Shown here piece after piece: positions 51,771-61,922 of a stretch of 64,000 nucleotides of DNA. Position 1 is the stretch's first letter; each line of letters starts with the position of its first letter. Origin of the DNA: Spirochaetia bacterium. Its GTDB lineage: Bacteria > Spirochaetota > Spirochaetia > CAKZLE01. The stretch spans positions 2,112,001-2,176,000 of the forward strand of contig OY782041.1 in NCBI GenBank assembly GCA_963677595.1, read 5' to 3'. The notes under the pieces are model-generated. The model searched no databases and was not told the origin of the DNA. It was given only the letters and a program-made list of their open reading frames with translations. Both the position numbers and the translations under genes were made by a program.

Positions 51771-53642
51771 ATGAACCTGATATCGATCGAGAACATCTCG
51801 AAGACAGTGAAGGACCAGCCCCTCTTCGAAGGCGCGACGCTCGGGCTCGACGAGGGGGAGCGGGTAGGGCTCATAGGCCGTAACGGCACGGGGAAGTCGA
51901 CCTTCCTCAAGGTCCTCTACGGCTTGCTCCCCCCTGATACCGGCACGATCGCCAAGAACAGCATACTGCGCATCAGCATGCTCGACCAGGTCCCGGAAGT
52001 CCCCGAAGGAGCGACAGTCGCCTCCTTCCTCTTCTCCGACACCTCCTACAAGGTCAGGATCCTCAACGAGTACCGATCCTGCCTGGAGGCCTATGAGTAT
52101 GACGGGTCGGCAGAACGGCGGTTCTCCGAACTCTCAGCGCTCATGGATAAGGAGGAGTGCTGGACGATCGAGCACGAGTACCTCTCGAGGCTGACGGAGC
52201 TGGGGATCACCGATCCGGGGTTGCCGATGGCCCAGCTTTCCGGCGGCATGGTGAAGAAGGCAGCCCTGGCACGGGCAATAGCCTCGAAGCCGAACATGGT
52301 CATCCTCGATGAACCGACGAACCACCTCGATATACGGACGATCGAGTGGCTGGAGAACTACCTGGTCTCGAGCCAGGCCGGCTGCATCATGGTCACCCAT
52401 GACCGCTACATCCTCGATGCGGTCTGCACGAAGATCCTCGAGATCGATGACGGGTCCCTCTATGCCTATGAGGGGAACTATTCGGTATTCCTCGAACGGA
52501 GGGCAGAGCGTATCCAGCAGATGCACCGGTACCAGGAGAAGATCACCAACATCCTGCGCAGGGAACAGGAGTGGCTCATGCGCGGGCCGAAGGCCCGCAG
52601 CAGCAAGAACAAGCTCAGGATCCAGAAGGTCTACGACCTCATGGACGAGCGGGTGAGCCTCCAGCAGGATGCGATGGAGTTCAGCTCGACCGACAGGCGC
52701 CTGGGCAAGAAGATCCTGGAGCTGAAGCATATCGAGAAGTGGTACGGGGACCGACAGGTCATCGCCCCCTTCAGCCACAGCTTCAAGCGGGGGGAGCGTA
52801 TCGGCATCCTCGGCCCGAACGGGTCAGGGAAGACGACCTTCCTCGACCTGGTCACCGGGAGGGTGCCGCTCTCCGGCGGGGAGATGGATCTCGGGATCAA
52901 TACCCATATAGCCTATTACGACCAGCTCAGCAGGCCCCTGAAGGAGGAGCTCACGGTACTCGAGTACCTCGAGGAGCTCGTTGACGTGGTGACCGTTGAG
53001 CCGGGGGTCCGGATCTCAGCCTCCCAGTTCCTCGAGCGGTTCAACTTCCCGGTGAGCATGCACCGCATAGCGATCAGCCGCCTCTCGGGCGGGGAGAAGC
53101 GCAGGCTCTACCTCATCAGCCTGCTGATGACCCATCCCAACTTCCTCATCCTCGATGAGCCGACCAACGATCTCGACATCGAGACGCTTCGTGCCCTCGA
53201 GGAGTATATCGAGGAGTTCAACGGCTGCCTCCTGGTGGTCTCCCATGACCGGGCCTTCTTGGACCGTGTCACCGACTACCTCTTCGTCTTCGACGGGAGC
53301 GGACGCGTCCTCGGGGTGTCGGGGAGCTACAGCGACTACCAGCTCTATGAGAAGCAGCGGCAGGAGGCGCAGTCTTCCCCTCCCGCCGCCAAGGTGCAGA
53401 AGCAGGTGAAGCGGGAAGGGAAGAAGGGCCTGTCGTTCAAGGAGCGGCGGGAGTACGAGTCCATCGAGGAGGTCATCGAGGGACTCGAGGAGGAGAAGTC
53501 TTCCCTCGAGCAGGATTTCTGCCGGGTCGACATACCTCCTGAGAGGATGCGGGAACTGCATGAGCGCTACCAGGTCGTGGAAGCGGAACTTGAGGCGAAG
53601 ATCGAGCGCTGGGAGTACCTCGCAGAGCTCGATATGGAATAG
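51771..53642 (+). CDS. ABC-F family ATPase (Uup/YfmR-like)
   Basis: Two ABC domains without TM segments (GRNGTGKS and GPNGSGKT); C-terminal coiled coil ending ERWEYL. Confidence 0.9.
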   Translation: MNLISIENISKTVKDQPLFEGATLGLDEGERVGLIGRNGTGKSTFLKVLYGLLPPDTGTIAKNSILRISMLDQVPEVPEGATVASFLFSDTSYKVRILNEYRSCLEAYEYDGSAERRFSELSALMDKEECWTIEHEYLSRLTELGITDPGLPMAQLSGGMVKKAALARAIASKPNMVILDEPTNHLDIRTIEWLENYLVSSQAGCIMVTHDRYILDAVCTKILEIDDGSLYAYEGNYSVFLERRAERIQQMHRYQEKITNILRREQEWLMRGPKARSSKNKLRIQKVYDLMDERVSLQQDAMEFSSTDRRLGKKILELKHIEKWYGDRQVIAPFSHSFKRGERIGILGPNGSGKTTFLDLVTGRVPLSGGEMDLGINTHIAYYDQLSRPLKEELTVLEYLEELVDVVTVEPGVRISASQFLERFNFPVSMHRIAISRLSGGEKRRLYLISLLMTHPNFLILDEPTNDLDIETLRALEEYIEEFNGCLLVVSHDRAFLDRVTDYLFVFDGSGRVLGVSGSYSDYQLYEKQRQEAQSSPPAAKVQKQVKREGKKGLSFKERREYESIEEVIEGLEEEKSSLEQDFCRVDIPPERMRELHERYQVVEAELEAKIERWEYLAELDME

Positions 53643-53652
53643 CTTGTTTTCA

Positions 53653-53676
53653 CTCCCCCGGCAGATGCCGGGGGGG
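53653..53676. terminator. GC-rich hairpin between convergent ABC-F and adh genes
   Basis: CTCCCCCGGCA-GA-TGCCGGGGGGG. Confidence 0.65.
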
Positions 53677-53689
53677 GGAAGAGAACCTG

Positions 53690-54853
53690 TTACCGGAATG
53701 AAGCCCGGTAGATCTTCACGGCATTCTCATCGGTGAGGGGGATTCGGTCCATGTCATAGAGACCGCCCATAGTATGACGTGCATTCACCGCGAGGGCCGG
53801 CAGCTCCTCTTCGGTGATGCCGTAATCGGACATCTTCAATGCCTCGACACCGCAGCTGACCTGCATCTTCTTCAGGGCAGTGAGGAAGTCATCCGGGGAG
53901 GAACCTTCCTCTCCCATCACCTTCGCCATGTCCATCAGCCGTTGAGGTGCTGCTTCCGCGAAATGGGCGAAGTAGGCAGAAGAGAGCATGATCAGCCCTG
54001 CCCCGTGGGCGAGTTCCGGGTGGAACGCACTCAGTGCATGCTCGAGGGAGTGCTCGGAGGTACAGGAGGAGGTGGACTCGACCATCCCTGAGAGGGTGTT
54101 GGCTAGTGCTACCTTCGACCGTGCCTCGAGGTCGCTCCCGTCTGCCACGGCAGCGGGAAGGTACTCAGCGAGGAGGGCGATGCTCCGCAGGGCGAAAGCG
54201 TCGCTGATCGGGGTCGCGATGGTCGCGATGTAACCCTCGGCTGCATGGAAGAAGGCATCGAACCCCTGGTATGCTGTCAGGTGCTTCGGGACGGTGAGCA
54301 TCAGCTCCGGGTCCACGATCGAGAGGACGGGGAAGGTGTCGTCGTTGCCAAACCCGATCTTCTCGTTGCGTTCCTCATGGGTGACGACCGTCCAGGGATC
54401 CGCCTCGGTACCCGTACCTGCCGTCGTCGTGATCGCGACGATCGGGAGCACCGGCTCGGTGACAGGCATCCCCTTGCCTGAACCGCCGCCGACGTAGTCC
54501 CAGTAGTCCCCGGGATTGTTCACCATGATCGCGATACTCTTGGACGAGTCGATGCTGCTCCCGCCGCCGAGGCCGAGGATGAAGTCGCAGCCGGTCTCCC
54601 GTGCGAGGGCGGCCCCCTCCATGATCTGGACGAGGGTGGGGTTCGGCTGGATCTTGTCATAGACCACCGATTCGACCTGCTGGGAGGCCAGCAGCTTCTG
54701 GACACGGTCAAGGTACCCGTTGCTCCTGATCGACTTGCCTGATGAGATGACGATGAGTGCCCGCTTCCCCGGGAGGGGGAGGCTCTCGAGCTGGTTCAGC
54801 GACCCGGGGCCGAAGATGACCCGTGTCGGGATATAATAGGAAAAATTGTTCAT
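53690..54853 (-). CDS. Iron-containing alcohol dehydrogenase
   Basis: GGGSSID, TTAGTGTE and DAFFHAAE...HSLEH...HG motifs. Confidence 0.92.
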   Translation of the reverse strand: MNNFSYYIPTRVIFGPGSLNQLESLPLPGKRALIVISSGKSIRSNGYLDRVQKLLASQQVESVVYDKIQPNPTLVQIMEGAALARETGCDFILGLGGGSSIDSSKSIAIMVNNPGDYWDYVGGGSGKGMPVTEPVLPIVAITTTAGTGTEADPWTVVTHEERNEKIGFGNDDTFPVLSIVDPELMLTVPKHLTAYQGFDAFFHAAEGYIATIATPISDAFALRSIALLAEYLPAAVADGSDLEARSKVALANTLSGMVESTSSCTSEHSLEHALSAFHPELAHGAGLIMLSSAYFAHFAEAAPQRLMDMAKVMGEEGSSPDDFLTALKKMQVSCGVEALKMSDYGITEEELPALAVNARHTMGGLYDMDRIPLTDENAVKIYRASFR

Positions 54854-54896
54854 ATCATGGACTCCTTGTATATGGGTGTTACCCTGTATATGGACA

Positions 54897-54927
54897 ATTG
54901 TAGAACTTGGAGTTCACTCCAAGTCAA
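54897..54927 (-). promoter_or_regulatory. MerR-type promoter/operator of adh
   Basis: TTGACT-19 nt-TACAAT with the dyad ACTTGGAGT-TC-ACTCCAAGT (54905-54924). Confidence 0.9.
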
Positions 54928-54970
54928 GAGCGAACTTGCTTTTTTCCCGGAATGCATCTAGACTTTTCCC

Positions 54971-55372
54971 ATGAACAGACAACGACCAGAGAAGACGACC
55001 TATACCATGCAGGAGATAGGCGAGAGGACCGGCCTCTCAGCCGACACCCTTCGCTTCTATGAGAAGGACGGGGTCCTCGCAGATGTCTTCAGGCTCCCGA
55101 ACGGCCATCGCCGCTATGACCCTGCTGACCTCGACTGGCTCAACTTCGTCGTATGCCTCAGGACGACCGGGATGCCCCTGAAGGATATTAGGAGGTTCCG
55201 GGAACTGTTCGAGGAGGGGGACGAGAGCATCCCCGAGCGGCTGCAGCTGCTGCTTGACCAGAAGGAGAGCCTGCTCGAGAGCATCGGGGAGCTGGAGCGT
55301 GCCCTGAGGAAGATCGAGCACAAGATCGCCTATTATGAGGGGAGAGGGCCGGCTGACTGTGAAGGGGTGTGA
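54971..55372 (+). CDS. MerR family regulator, AdhR/NmlR-like
   Basis: TLRFYEK.G HTH, NGHRRY and the conserved Cys in CLRTTGM. Confidence 0.9.
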   Translation: MNRQRPEKTTYTMQEIGERTGLSADTLRFYEKDGVLADVFRLPNGHRRYDPADLDWLNFVVCLRTTGMPLKDIRRFRELFEEGDESIPERLQLLLDQKESLLESIGELERALRKIEHKIAYYEGRGPADCEGV

Positions 55373-55376
55373 TCTG

Positions 55377-55685
55377 TCATGCCTTGAGCATGAGCTGGTC
55401 TATGAGATCAGGATCGTCCCTGAGCAGCTGAAGGAGCCTGCGGGAGGGACCTTCGGGTGAGTTCCTGCCGCACTCCCAAGCCTCGACAGTCTTCTTTGAG
55501 ACTCCAAGGGTGGATGCGAAGAGTACCTGCGTCAGAGAGAGGTCCTTCCGTATCTGCTTGATATCTTCACTGCTGAACAGTTCAACCGGTTTGACAGCGA
55601 TCTTTGTACGTCTGACAGGTATCTTTCCTTCCTGATATTGGACAGCCTCATCCAGTCCCCGCATGATGCTTGTATAGACACTCAT
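55377..55685 (-). CDS. XRE-HTH antitoxin (HigA/YiaG-like)
   Basis: MSVYTSIMRGLDEA...IKQIRKDLSLTQVLFA...WECGRNSPEG; AGGAG upstream. Confidence 0.82.
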   Translation of the reverse strand: MSVYTSIMRGLDEAVQYQEGKIPVRRTKIAVKPVELFSSEDIKQIRKDLSLTQVLFASTLGVSKKTVEAWECGRNSPEGPSRRLLQLLRDDPDLIDQLMLKA

Positions 55686-55805
55686 TTCCTTGACTCCTGT
55701 CTCCTGAGACCTGCTTCCAATCTTTTGATCATCTTGGCGATCTCGTTCCTTTCCGCTGCAGGATCTCTTATCCTTGCTTTCATCTCTCATGACTTCACTG
55801 TTCAT
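55682..55805 (-). pseudogene. Chimeric toxin remnant (AbiEii-like N-terminus joined to RelE/HigB-like C-terminus)
   Basis: ATG at 55805 overlaps the abiEi stop. The 33-aa frame 55783-55682 (MKARIRDPAAERNEIAKMIKRLEAGLRRQESRK) ends in an ATGA overlap with the XRE antitoxin. Confidence 0.55.
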
Positions 55806-56413
55806 AGGAGCACCTCCAGGTACTGATGCAAAGGAGTCTCAACTCTCAAATTTCTTGCATAGTCTGAGAGTAGCATGAAGTTGGCAGATGGAGATACTAC
55901 GAATTTCTTTAGAGCCTCTGTACGTATGTGTGTATCGATGGTGTTCCTGTTGCGAATCAGGTCACAAATCGTACGTTCTCTATCATATAATCTTATGGTA
56001 TTGCCGAAAGAGGTTTCCCCCTCGATCTGTCCTAGGTCGTGGTATGCACGTTTCATATAATACAGCTTGCAGTTCTCTGACAGGTTCTGGACTGCTTTGT
56101 ACCCGCTAGGTACTGTTGCTGTGTACACGGCAGGAGTCCTGTCGGTGAGCCCATGAATGAATAAGGCAGTCTCATGTGAATAGATGATCTGTGGATATTT
56201 TCTCTGCAGATAGAACATCACATCTTCTATCGCATCTGTCATGACATATACTCCCCTGGAGACTTTATCCAGGACTCCTTCAGATACAAGCTTATGCAGA
56301 TAACTTCGGGGAATGTTCTGTTCAGTGAGATCTGAGGTCAAGAGGGTCCCTGATTGACTCCGGGCTATATCCAGGATCAGCTGTTCATGATTCTTTGTGT
56401 TTGCTACATTCAT
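55802..56413 (-). CDS. Type IV TA antitoxin, AbiEi family
   Basis: N-terminal wHTH (KVSRGVY), IYSHETAL..HGLTDRTP, YDRERTICD and terminal YLEVLL. Confidence 0.88.
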   Translation of the reverse strand: MNVANTKNHEQLILDIARSQSGTLLTSDLTEQNIPRSYLHKLVSEGVLDKVSRGVYVMTDAIEDVMFYLQRKYPQIIYSHETALFIHGLTDRTPAVYTATVPSGYKAVQNLSENCKLYYMKRAYHDLGQIEGETSFGNTIRLYDRERTICDLIRNRNTIDTHIRTEALKKFVVSPSANFMLLSDYARNLRVETPLHQYLEVLL

Positions 56414-56463
56414 ACTTATATAATATATAAAATAAGTAAAATTGTATATAGCAGCAAACAAAC

Positions 56464-56492
56464 AAAAAGGCCGCTGCCTGTAGCAGCGACCT
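56464..56492 (-). terminator. Terminator after hpf
   Basis: AGGTCGCTGC-TACAG-GCAGCGGCCT followed by T tract. Confidence 0.75.
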
Positions 56493-56513
56493 CCAGTCTA
56501 CCTGTCCTATCTG

Positions 56514-56804
56514 TCAGTGTTCCTTGACTTTTCCCTTTTCCTTGCGGATGACTCCTTCGAGTTTATCCACGAAGAGTTCGATGGCCTCATATAGTTCATG
56601 ATCCGTCTCGTTGACCATTTTGGTCTTGCTCCATTGGAAATGAACTTTCCCTTCGATCTTATAGCCCTGCGGCTCCTTGATCACCAGGATTGAAAGGTCA
56701 ATGACATACTCTTTTGCGAAATCGATCCGTTCCAGTTTCTTGTCCAGAAACTCCCGAGTAGTGTCACTGATATTGTAGTGAATACCTCTAACATCTAGAT
56801 TCAT
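56514..56804 (-). CDS. hpf: Ribosome hibernation promoting factor (short HPF/RaiA)
   Basis: MNLDVRGIHYNISD...LYEAIE...DKLE; downstream of rpoN, AGGAGG RBS. Confidence 0.88.
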   Translation of the reverse strand: MNLDVRGIHYNISDTTREFLDKKLERIDFAKEYVIDLSILVIKEPQGYKIEGKVHFQWSKTKMVNETDHELYEAIELFVDKLEGVIRKEKGKVKEH

Positions 56805-56895
56805 AGCCACCTCCTGAATTCTTAGGGTATATCTAAAAGATAAACCCCTGAGGACCATATGTCAAAGGAAAGCGGGTAATCTCTGACCCGGCAGG

Positions 56896-58278
56896 TCAGT
56901 TTCTATGGAAGGATGAATCGATGTTCAGCTCTTTTCGGTACTTTGCCACGGTCCTGCGGGCGACGGAGATGTTCCGATCCTGCAGCATGTTGGAGATCTT
57001 CTGGTCGGAGAGTTTCTTCTTGCCCTCATAGCCCTCGATGATCTCTCTGATGACCTCCTTGACCCCGATCTTGGAGATCTCCTTCCCGTCATCGCTCTGC
57101 CCTGAGACGGCGTTGGTAAAGAAGAACTTGATAGGGTAGATCCCGAAATCGGTCTGGATGTACTTCGCGTTGGAGATACGGGAGATGGTGGTCTCATGGA
57201 CCTCCACCTCTTCTGCGATATCTTTCAGGGTGAGGGGGCGAAGGTACTTCGGCCCGTTATTGAAGAAGTCGAACTGGTGCCTGATCAGGGCGGCACCGAC
57301 CTTCCGCAGGGTCACGTTCCGCATCCTGATACTGTCGATGAGCCAGTTAGCATCCTTCAGGGAGCGCTGGATGTATTTCTCGGTATCCTTCGCCCCATCG
57401 GCTGGAGCCATGTCATCGAGCAGGTGCTCGAACTCTGTGTCGATGCTGAGGCTGGGGATCTGTTCCGTGTTGAGCCGCATGGTCAGCTTCCCCTCGATGT
57501 TCCTGATGATCAGGTCGGGGATCACGTACTGGGTCTCGTTGCTGGAGTAGAGACTGCCGGGGAAGGGGTTGAGGGTCTTGATGAACTCTATTGCCTCCTC
57601 GACATCCTCCAGGTCCGCATCAAGGTCCTTCGCGATCTGGTCCAGCTTCCCGCGGCGTACCGACTCCAGGTGCCCCTCGATGATCTGCTCACTGAGTTCG
57701 TGGGTGAAGTCATCGAGCTCGCACTGGAGGACCAGTGACTCGGTGTAATCGGCTACGCAGATCCCCGGGGGATCGAAGGTCTGGATGATGTTGATCATCG
57801 TCTCCGCCAGGGACGGGTCCGTCCCCTCCGGGAGGATGGAGAAGGGGTCCTCACGGTGGAACCCGTTGTCATCGAGGTTGGAGATGATCAGCTCCCCGAT
57901 CGCCTCCTTCTCCGGGGTGAGGGTATGGAGGTGCAGCTGGGCGATGAGGTGCTGCTGCAGGGATTCGGATCGGGAGAGTGCCCCTTCCATGAACTGCTGC
58001 TTGGAGTTCTCGCTGATATGGGATGACTTGCGGATATAGCCCGGGTCCGAGCTGTTCTCGAAGAAGTCATACTCGCTGCTCTGGGTCGCCTTCGAATACC
58101 GGTCATAGGAGACATCGGATGAGGAGGCCAGCTCCAGGGCCGGGTTCTTCTCGATCTCATCGCGTATGCGTGCCTGGAGGTCCTGGATGGGCATGGCAAG
58201 CAGTTCCAGGGACTGGTACATCTGGGGACTGAGTTTGAGCTGCTGTTTCTGGGTCAGTACGATACGTTGGGACTGCAT
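56896..58278 (-). CDS. rpoN: RNA polymerase sigma-54 factor
   Basis: Gln/Leu-rich region I, HETTISR and RpoN box ARRTVAKYR. Confidence 0.96.
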   Translation of the reverse strand: MQSQRIVLTQKQQLKLSPQMYQSLELLAMPIQDLQARIRDEIEKNPALELASSSDVSYDRYSKATQSSEYDFFENSSDPGYIRKSSHISENSKQQFMEGALSRSESLQQHLIAQLHLHTLTPEKEAIGELIISNLDDNGFHREDPFSILPEGTDPSLAETMINIIQTFDPPGICVADYTESLVLQCELDDFTHELSEQIIEGHLESVRRGKLDQIAKDLDADLEDVEEAIEFIKTLNPFPGSLYSSNETQYVIPDLIIRNIEGKLTMRLNTEQIPSLSIDTEFEHLLDDMAPADGAKDTEKYIQRSLKDANWLIDSIRMRNVTLRKVGAALIRHQFDFFNNGPKYLRPLTLKDIAEEVEVHETTISRISNAKYIQTDFGIYPIKFFFTNAVSGQSDDGKEISKIGVKEVIREIIEGYEGKKKLSDQKISNMLQDRNISVARRTVAKYRKELNIDSSFHRN

Positions 58279-58340
58279 TACTCCGGGTTCCTGCTAGGCT
58301 CCTTTCCTTATAGGTATTCTCAGAAGGGATGATAGCATAA

Positions 58341-59087
58341 TCAGAGACTAAAGTCTTCACCAAAGTAGGAATCCCGGGCTATCTGGCTCGAGGCGATCTT
58401 CTCCTTGGAACCGGAGTCCACGATCTCACCCTGTTTTATTATATAGGTGCAGTCGGTGATATCGAGTGTGTCGCGGGCGTTGTGGTCGGTGATGAGCACG
58501 CCGATGCCTCGGCGTGAGAGTACCCGGATGATCGACTTGATCTCCTGGACCGTCTTCGGGTCGATCCCGGCGAAGGGTTCGTCGAGCAGGAGGAACTTCG
58601 GGTCCACGGCCAGGTTCCTCGCGATCTCGGTCCGTCTCCGTTCCCCGCCGGAGAGCTTGTACGCCTCCTGGTGCCGCAGGTCCTGGATGCCGAAGCTCTC
58701 CAGCAGTTCCTCGAGGAACTCCTTCTTCTGTGCCTTCGTCAGGTCGCCACGGGTCTCGAGGATCCCCCATATATTGTTCTCCACCGACAGCTTGCTGAAG
58801 ATGGAAGGTTCCTGGGCAAGGTAGGAGATGCCCATGCGTGCCCGCTTGTACATGGGAAGCCGGGTGATGGGCTTGTCATTGAGGAAGATGTCACCCCGGG
58901 TCGGGTGGATGAAGCCGACGATCATGTAGAAGACCGTGGTCTTCCCCGCCCCGTTGGGGCCGAGCAGTCCTACCACCTCCCCTGAGGTCATGGAGAAGGA
59001 GACATCCTCCACGGCGGTCTTCCTGCCGTATACCTTCTTCAGGCCCTCGACGCCCAGGACCATCCGCTCTGCTGTCGATCTACTCAT
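58341..59087 (-). CDS. lptB: Lpt ABC transporter ATPase
   Basis: GPNGAGKTT, YLAQEPSIF, LSGGERRR, DEPFAGIDP and ITDHN motifs. Confidence 0.93.
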   Translation of the reverse strand: MSRSTAERMVLGVEGLKKVYGRKTAVEDVSFSMTSGEVVGLLGPNGAGKTTVFYMIVGFIHPTRGDIFLNDKPITRLPMYKRARMGISYLAQEPSIFSKLSVENNIWGILETRGDLTKAQKKEFLEELLESFGIQDLRHQEAYKLSGGERRRTEIARNLAVDPKFLLLDEPFAGIDPKTVQEIKSIIRVLSRRGIGVLITDHNARDTLDITDCTYIIKQGEIVDSGSKEKIASSQIARDSYFGEDFSL

Positions 59088-59733
59088 TGATGATTCCCTT
59101 GACTCTTCCTTTCAGGGTGATCTCGTTGTCCGCGAGGTTCACGGTGATCTGTGAGGCCTCGTAGGAACTGCCCTTCCAATATACTACCGAGTTGCCGGTC
59201 ATCGCAAGCGTCTGGTTCCTGCTGTCATAGACGGCAGAGTCCGTCATACAGACCATCGGTCCGTCTTCGGTGTGCTTGTAGATCTTCACGCTGATCTGGA
59301 GCAGCGAGATACCGGTCTCCTGGGAGTTCTCCAGGTAGGCCGCCTTCGCGATGATCCCGTTGGCGGTATCCTCCATCTCCGCCCAGCCGTCGATCCTCAG
59401 CAGCGAGCGGTTCCGGTCATAGTAGAGCTCCTCAGCTCGTACGGAGATTCCCTGTTCCCCATCGATGATGTTCACTCCCCCGGTACAGGAGACATACCGC
59501 GACTGGGCCCCGTAGATCTCGATCGCATCGGCGCTGATCGTGGTAGACCCCGTCTCGATCCTGGCGCTCCCCGATAGGAGGAGTGACTTCATGTCGTCAT
59601 GGAGCGAGGCGCGGGTATAGTCGCTGGAGAAGTTGATGGCGTTGCGTGTGCCCGTCTCCTGGGAGAAGAGGGGGAGGGAGGAGATCACCAGTACTATGCA
59701 GAACAGGAGTATGCGTTCTTTCATGCTACTCAT
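59080..59733 (-). CDS. lptA: LptA/OstA-like beta-jellyroll protein
   Basis: Signal peptide and beta-rich repeats; lies between lptC and lptB. Confidence 0.75.
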   Translation of the reverse strand: MSSMKERILLFCIVLVISSLPLFSQETGTRNAINFSSDYTRASLHDDMKSLLLSGSARIETGSTTISADAIEIYGAQSRYVSCTGGVNIIDGEQGISVRAEELYYDRNRSLLRIDGWAEMEDTANGIIAKAAYLENSQETGISLLQISVKIYKHTEDGPMVCMTDSAVYDSRNQTLAMTGNSVVYWKGSSYEASQITVNLADNEITLKGRVKGIINE

Positions 59734-60325
59734 ACTGTACTACACCTTGGGTCTCTTTGGCAAACTCTATGGCTCGCAGGGTGAAATCAGCTGAGAAGCC
59801 GTACCCCGAGACGACAGAGCCGTCGTCATAGGTCACGGAGACAGGGACCTCGGGAGGGGAGGAGAGCAGCTGGTCCTCATGGTCCCAGTAGAGGGTGTCG
59901 GTGGCGATCCGGATCTCCTCGGTCTGGGAGTAGAGCATGATGTTCCCGTCCAGGATGGTGTCGTTCGTGTCGGTATCGATGGTCGCCGAGTCGGAGGACC
60001 CATTGACGATGACCTTGCCGTCTGCATCCTTCTGCTCGAAGGTGACTTCGGTCAGGTGTACCGAGTGCTCCCTGCTGAAGAACTCAGCATGGCCGGCAGT
60101 GAAGGTGATCGGGTCGGTATAGCTTCTTGAGACAGTGTAGGTGGTGTGCTCCAGGATGAAGTCGGGATGCTCCGTCTCCTCGACCTCAGCGGCCTGCTGG
60201 TAGTCGAAGGAGCATCCCGCCAGGATGGGGAGTACGAGGGAACAGGCTAAGAGCAGGACGGCAGCATGGAGAGTATGGTTCATGCTGCCGCTGCTGCGGT
60301 GTTCCCTGTCAGTCCTTCTTCCCAT
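59726..60325 (-). CDS. lptC: LptC-like lipoprotein
   Basis: Lipobox LAGC; TDTLYWD and GYGFSAD motifs; start may be 60283. Confidence 0.75.
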   Translation of the reverse strand: MGRRTDREHRSSGSMNHTLHAAVLLLACSLVLPILAGCSFDYQQAAEVEETEHPDFILEHTTYTVSRSYTDPITFTAGHAEFFSREHSVHLTEVTFEQKDADGKVIVNGSSDSATIDTDTNDTILDGNIMLYSQTEEIRIATDTLYWDHEDQLLSSPPEVPVSVTYDDGSVVSGYGFSADFTLRAIEFAKETQGVVQYE

Positions 60326-61922
60326 GTTCGATGCTTGCCTTGATGAAGCTTGCGAACAACGGGTGCGGTTCGATCGGGGTCGACTTGAATTCCGGGTGGA
60401 ACTGCACGCCTACACCCCAGGGGTGGTCAGGCCATTCCACAGATTCGACGAGTTCCCCTTCAGGGGTGTACCCGCTGATGACCATACCCCCATCACTGAA
60501 GGCATCCCGGTAATGGTTGTTGAACTCATACCGGTGCCGGTGACGTTCGAAGACGATCTCATTGTTGTAGCTGGCAAGGATCTTCGTGCCCGACTGCAGG
60601 TGTGACTCACTCTTCCCGAGCCTCATGGTCCCGCCCATCTCGGTGATGTCGAGCTGCTCTTCGAGCAGGCTGATCACGGGGTGGGGTGTCTCAGGCTTGA
60701 ACTCGGTACTGTCCGCATCGGCGAAGCCGAGGACATCCCTTGCGTACTCGATGACGAAGATCTGCATGCCGAGGCAGATGCCGAAACAGGGCAGTTTCGT
60801 GGTCCTGCAGAACTCTACCGCCTTGATCATACCCAAAACGCCGCGGGAGCCGAAGCCGCCGGGGATGAGGATGCCGTCCACACCGCCCAAGGCTGCAGCG
60901 AGTTCCTCTGATGAGATGTTCTCAAGATCCTCAGAATCGATCTTCACCAGCTCTACCTTGGCCTCGTTGGCGATACCGCCGTGCTTCAGGGCTTCGTAGA
61001 TCGATTTATAGGAATCCGGCAGGTGGATATACTTGCCGACGACGCCGATCTTCACGACATCGACCGCATTCTTGCAGATCTCCACCATGCGTGTCCATTT
61101 GGTCAGGTCCGGCTCATCGGCATTGAGCTTGAGCTTCTCTATGACGATGTCATCGACCTTCTGCTCGCGGTAGACCAGCGGGAGCTCGTGGATCTCCTTC
61201 AGGTCGTAGCCGACGATGACCGCCTCTTTCTTCACGTTGGTGAAGGAGGAGATCTTGTGTATCATGTCATTCTCGAGCATCACCGGTGCACGGCAGATCA
61301 GGATATCGGGCTGGATACCGAGCTCCCTGAGCTCCTTGACCGAGTGCTGTGTCGGTTTCGTCTTCAGTTCACCGCCGCCTACTTCAGGCACCAGGGTCAG
61401 GTGGACGAAGAGGACGTTCTCGGAGCCGAGGTCGCTTCCCATCTGACGTGCAGCCTCGAGGTAGGGGATCGACTCGTAGTCACCTACGGTACCCCCGATC
61501 TCGATGAGGGTCACATCGACCCCGGGACGCTTCCCGACCACGGAGATCCTGCGCTTGATCTCATCCGTGATGTGGGGAATGATCTGGACGGTCCTTCCCA
61601 GGTACCGGCCCTCACGCTCCTTGCTGATGACCGACTGGTAGATCTGTCCTGTGGTGATCGAATTCTCTTTCCTGATGGAAGCCCGGGTGAATCGTGCGTA
61701 GCTTCCGAGGTCGAGGTCTGTCTCTGCGCCGTCATCGGTGACGTAGACCTCTCCATGCTGATAGGGACTCATCGTTCCTGCATCCACGTTGAGATACGGG
61801 TCGATCTTTATCATCTGAATGTTCAGTCCCCTGCTTTCGAGCAGGTTCGCAAGAGAGGTCGCAGCCAGCCCCTTCCCAAGACTTGAACACACACCGCCGC
61901 TGATAAAAATGTATTTCTTCAT
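60309..61922 (-). CDS. pyrG: CTP synthase
   Basis: [34 protein letters not shown] and QFHPEF motifs. Confidence 0.97.
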   Translation of the reverse strand: MKKYIFISGGVCSSLGKGLAATSLANLLESRGLNIQMIKIDPYLNVDAGTMSPYQHGEVYVTDDGAETDLDLGSYARFTRASIRKENSITTGQIYQSVISKEREGRYLGRTVQIIPHITDEIKRRISVVGKRPGVDVTLIEIGGTVGDYESIPYLEAARQMGSDLGSENVLFVHLTLVPEVGGGELKTKPTQHSVKELRELGIQPDILICRAPVMLENDMIHKISSFTNVKKEAVIVGYDLKEIHELPLVYREQKVDDIVIEKLKLNADEPDLTKWTRMVEICKNAVDVVKIGVVGKYIHLPDSYKSIYEALKHGGIANEAKVELVKIDSEDLENISSEELAAALGGVDGILIPGGFGSRGVLGMIKAVEFCRTTKLPCFGICLGMQIFVIEYARDVLGFADADSTEFKPETPHPVISLLEEQLDITEMGGTMRLGKSESHLQSGTKILASYNNEIVFERHRHRYEFNNHYRDAFSDGGMVISGYTPEGELVESVEWPDHPWGVGVQFHPEFKSTPIEPHPLFASFIKASIEHGKKD

